A stretch of 63,237 nucleotides of DNA, the filler included, from Octopus bimaculoides (Eukaryota): the NCBI RefSeq assembly GCF_001194135.2. It is 13 parts of 12 records of this genome, joined end to end, with 100 filler letters (N's around TTAATTAATTAA, not from the genome) between each part and the next. Parts side by side here need not be neighbours in the genome. Positions count along the whole stretch, not along the records: positions 62,028 to 63,237 come from NW_026336915.1; 12 more parts are not named here. One strand, written 5' to 3'. A program made the position numbers and the translations under genes. Positions 62,683 to 63,237 of this stretch are shown here, one piece after another; the first letter of the stretch is position 1, and the number at the start of each line of letters is the position of its first letter. Below the pieces are notes generated by a model. It saw only the letters and a program-made list of their open reading frames with translations. It was not told the DNA's origin and made no database searches.

Positions 62683-62976
62683 CCTTGGGCAAGTGTCTTC
62701 TACTATAGCCTCGGGCCGACCACAGTCTTGTGAGTGGATTAGGTAGACGGAAACTGAAAGAAGCCCGTCGTATATATGTATATATATATATATGTGTGTG
62801 TATGTGTTTGTGTGTCTGTGTTTGTCCCCCCAACATCGCTTGACAACCGATGCTGGTGTGTTTATGTCCTCGTAACCTAGCGGTTCGGCAAAAGAGACCG
62901 ATAGAATAGGTACTAGGCTTCTAGAGAATAAGTCCTGGGGTCAAAAGACTGAAACAAGTAAAAGAGTAAAAGAGTA
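62683..62976 (+). mobile_element. SINE family A, 5'-truncated, showing internal (TA)n(TG)n and the full 3' half
   Basis: CCTTGGGCAAGTGTCTTC core, GAAGCCCGTCG, internal microsatellite, CGGTTCGGCAAAAGAGACCG, tail GACTGAAACAAGTAAAAGAGTAAAAGAG. A separate head fragment lies at 63035-63108. Confidence 0.88.
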
Positions 62977-63237
62977 AATTAAATATTATTAGGAATTGTA
63001 TTTAAAAAATAGTCAAGATATTTCGTGTATTGCCGGCGTGGCTGAGTGGTAAGCAGCTTGCTTCCAAAACACATGGTTCCGGGTTCAGTCCAACTGCGTG
63101 GCACCTTGTGTGTTCGTGCATATATATTTTTCAGAAAACGGTAAGATAGTTTCGCCATTCCATAGCAGAACCGTTGAACTAAACTTTGACATCTGAAGTT
63201 GGTGGAGATACAATAATCACCAAAACTTCCAGCTATT

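Overview
AT-rich, microsatellite-saturated, heavily gapped animal genomic DNA. The SINE/LINE repertoire looks like an Octopus (coleoid cephalopod) genome; this is my inference, not a database result. Twelve artificial 100-bp spacers (N44-TTAATTAATTAA-N44) join short scaffold pieces, and nearly all ORFs in the supplied track are artefacts of N-runs or simple repeats. No intact, recognisable protein-coding gene is present. The recognisable content is decayed transposons. Non-LTR fragments: CR1, L2/Crack-like, RTE with C-terminal C2H2 fingers, L1/Tx1, R4/Dong-type next to (TAA)n, and a Penelope-like RT fragment. SINEs: three tRNA-derived families. DNA transposons: maT/DD37D, mariner, hAT MITEs, a Chapaev-like fragment, and a Merlin element with TIRs and an 8-bp TSD. 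The most striking signal is a set of hammerhead-ribozyme (HHR) elements. A TSD-flanked 375-bp element at 28478-28852 joins a tRNA-type Pol III head, a (TAA)n linker and a Penelope-type minimal hammerhead, with an inverted partial copy of its tail at the 5' end; it is a candidate Penelope-mobilised, ribozyme-bearing SINE. Two further, unrelated HHR families occur at about 5.5/48.9 kb and 56.5 kb. Other leads: a pre-miRNA-like hairpin at 4.0 kb; CpG-decayed segments at 47.3-52.0 and 57.9-61.9 kb; a possible minus-strand gene 3' end at 60.4-60.8 kb with alternative TSL* versus poly-proline tails; and several inverted repeats that would form dsRNA if transcribed.
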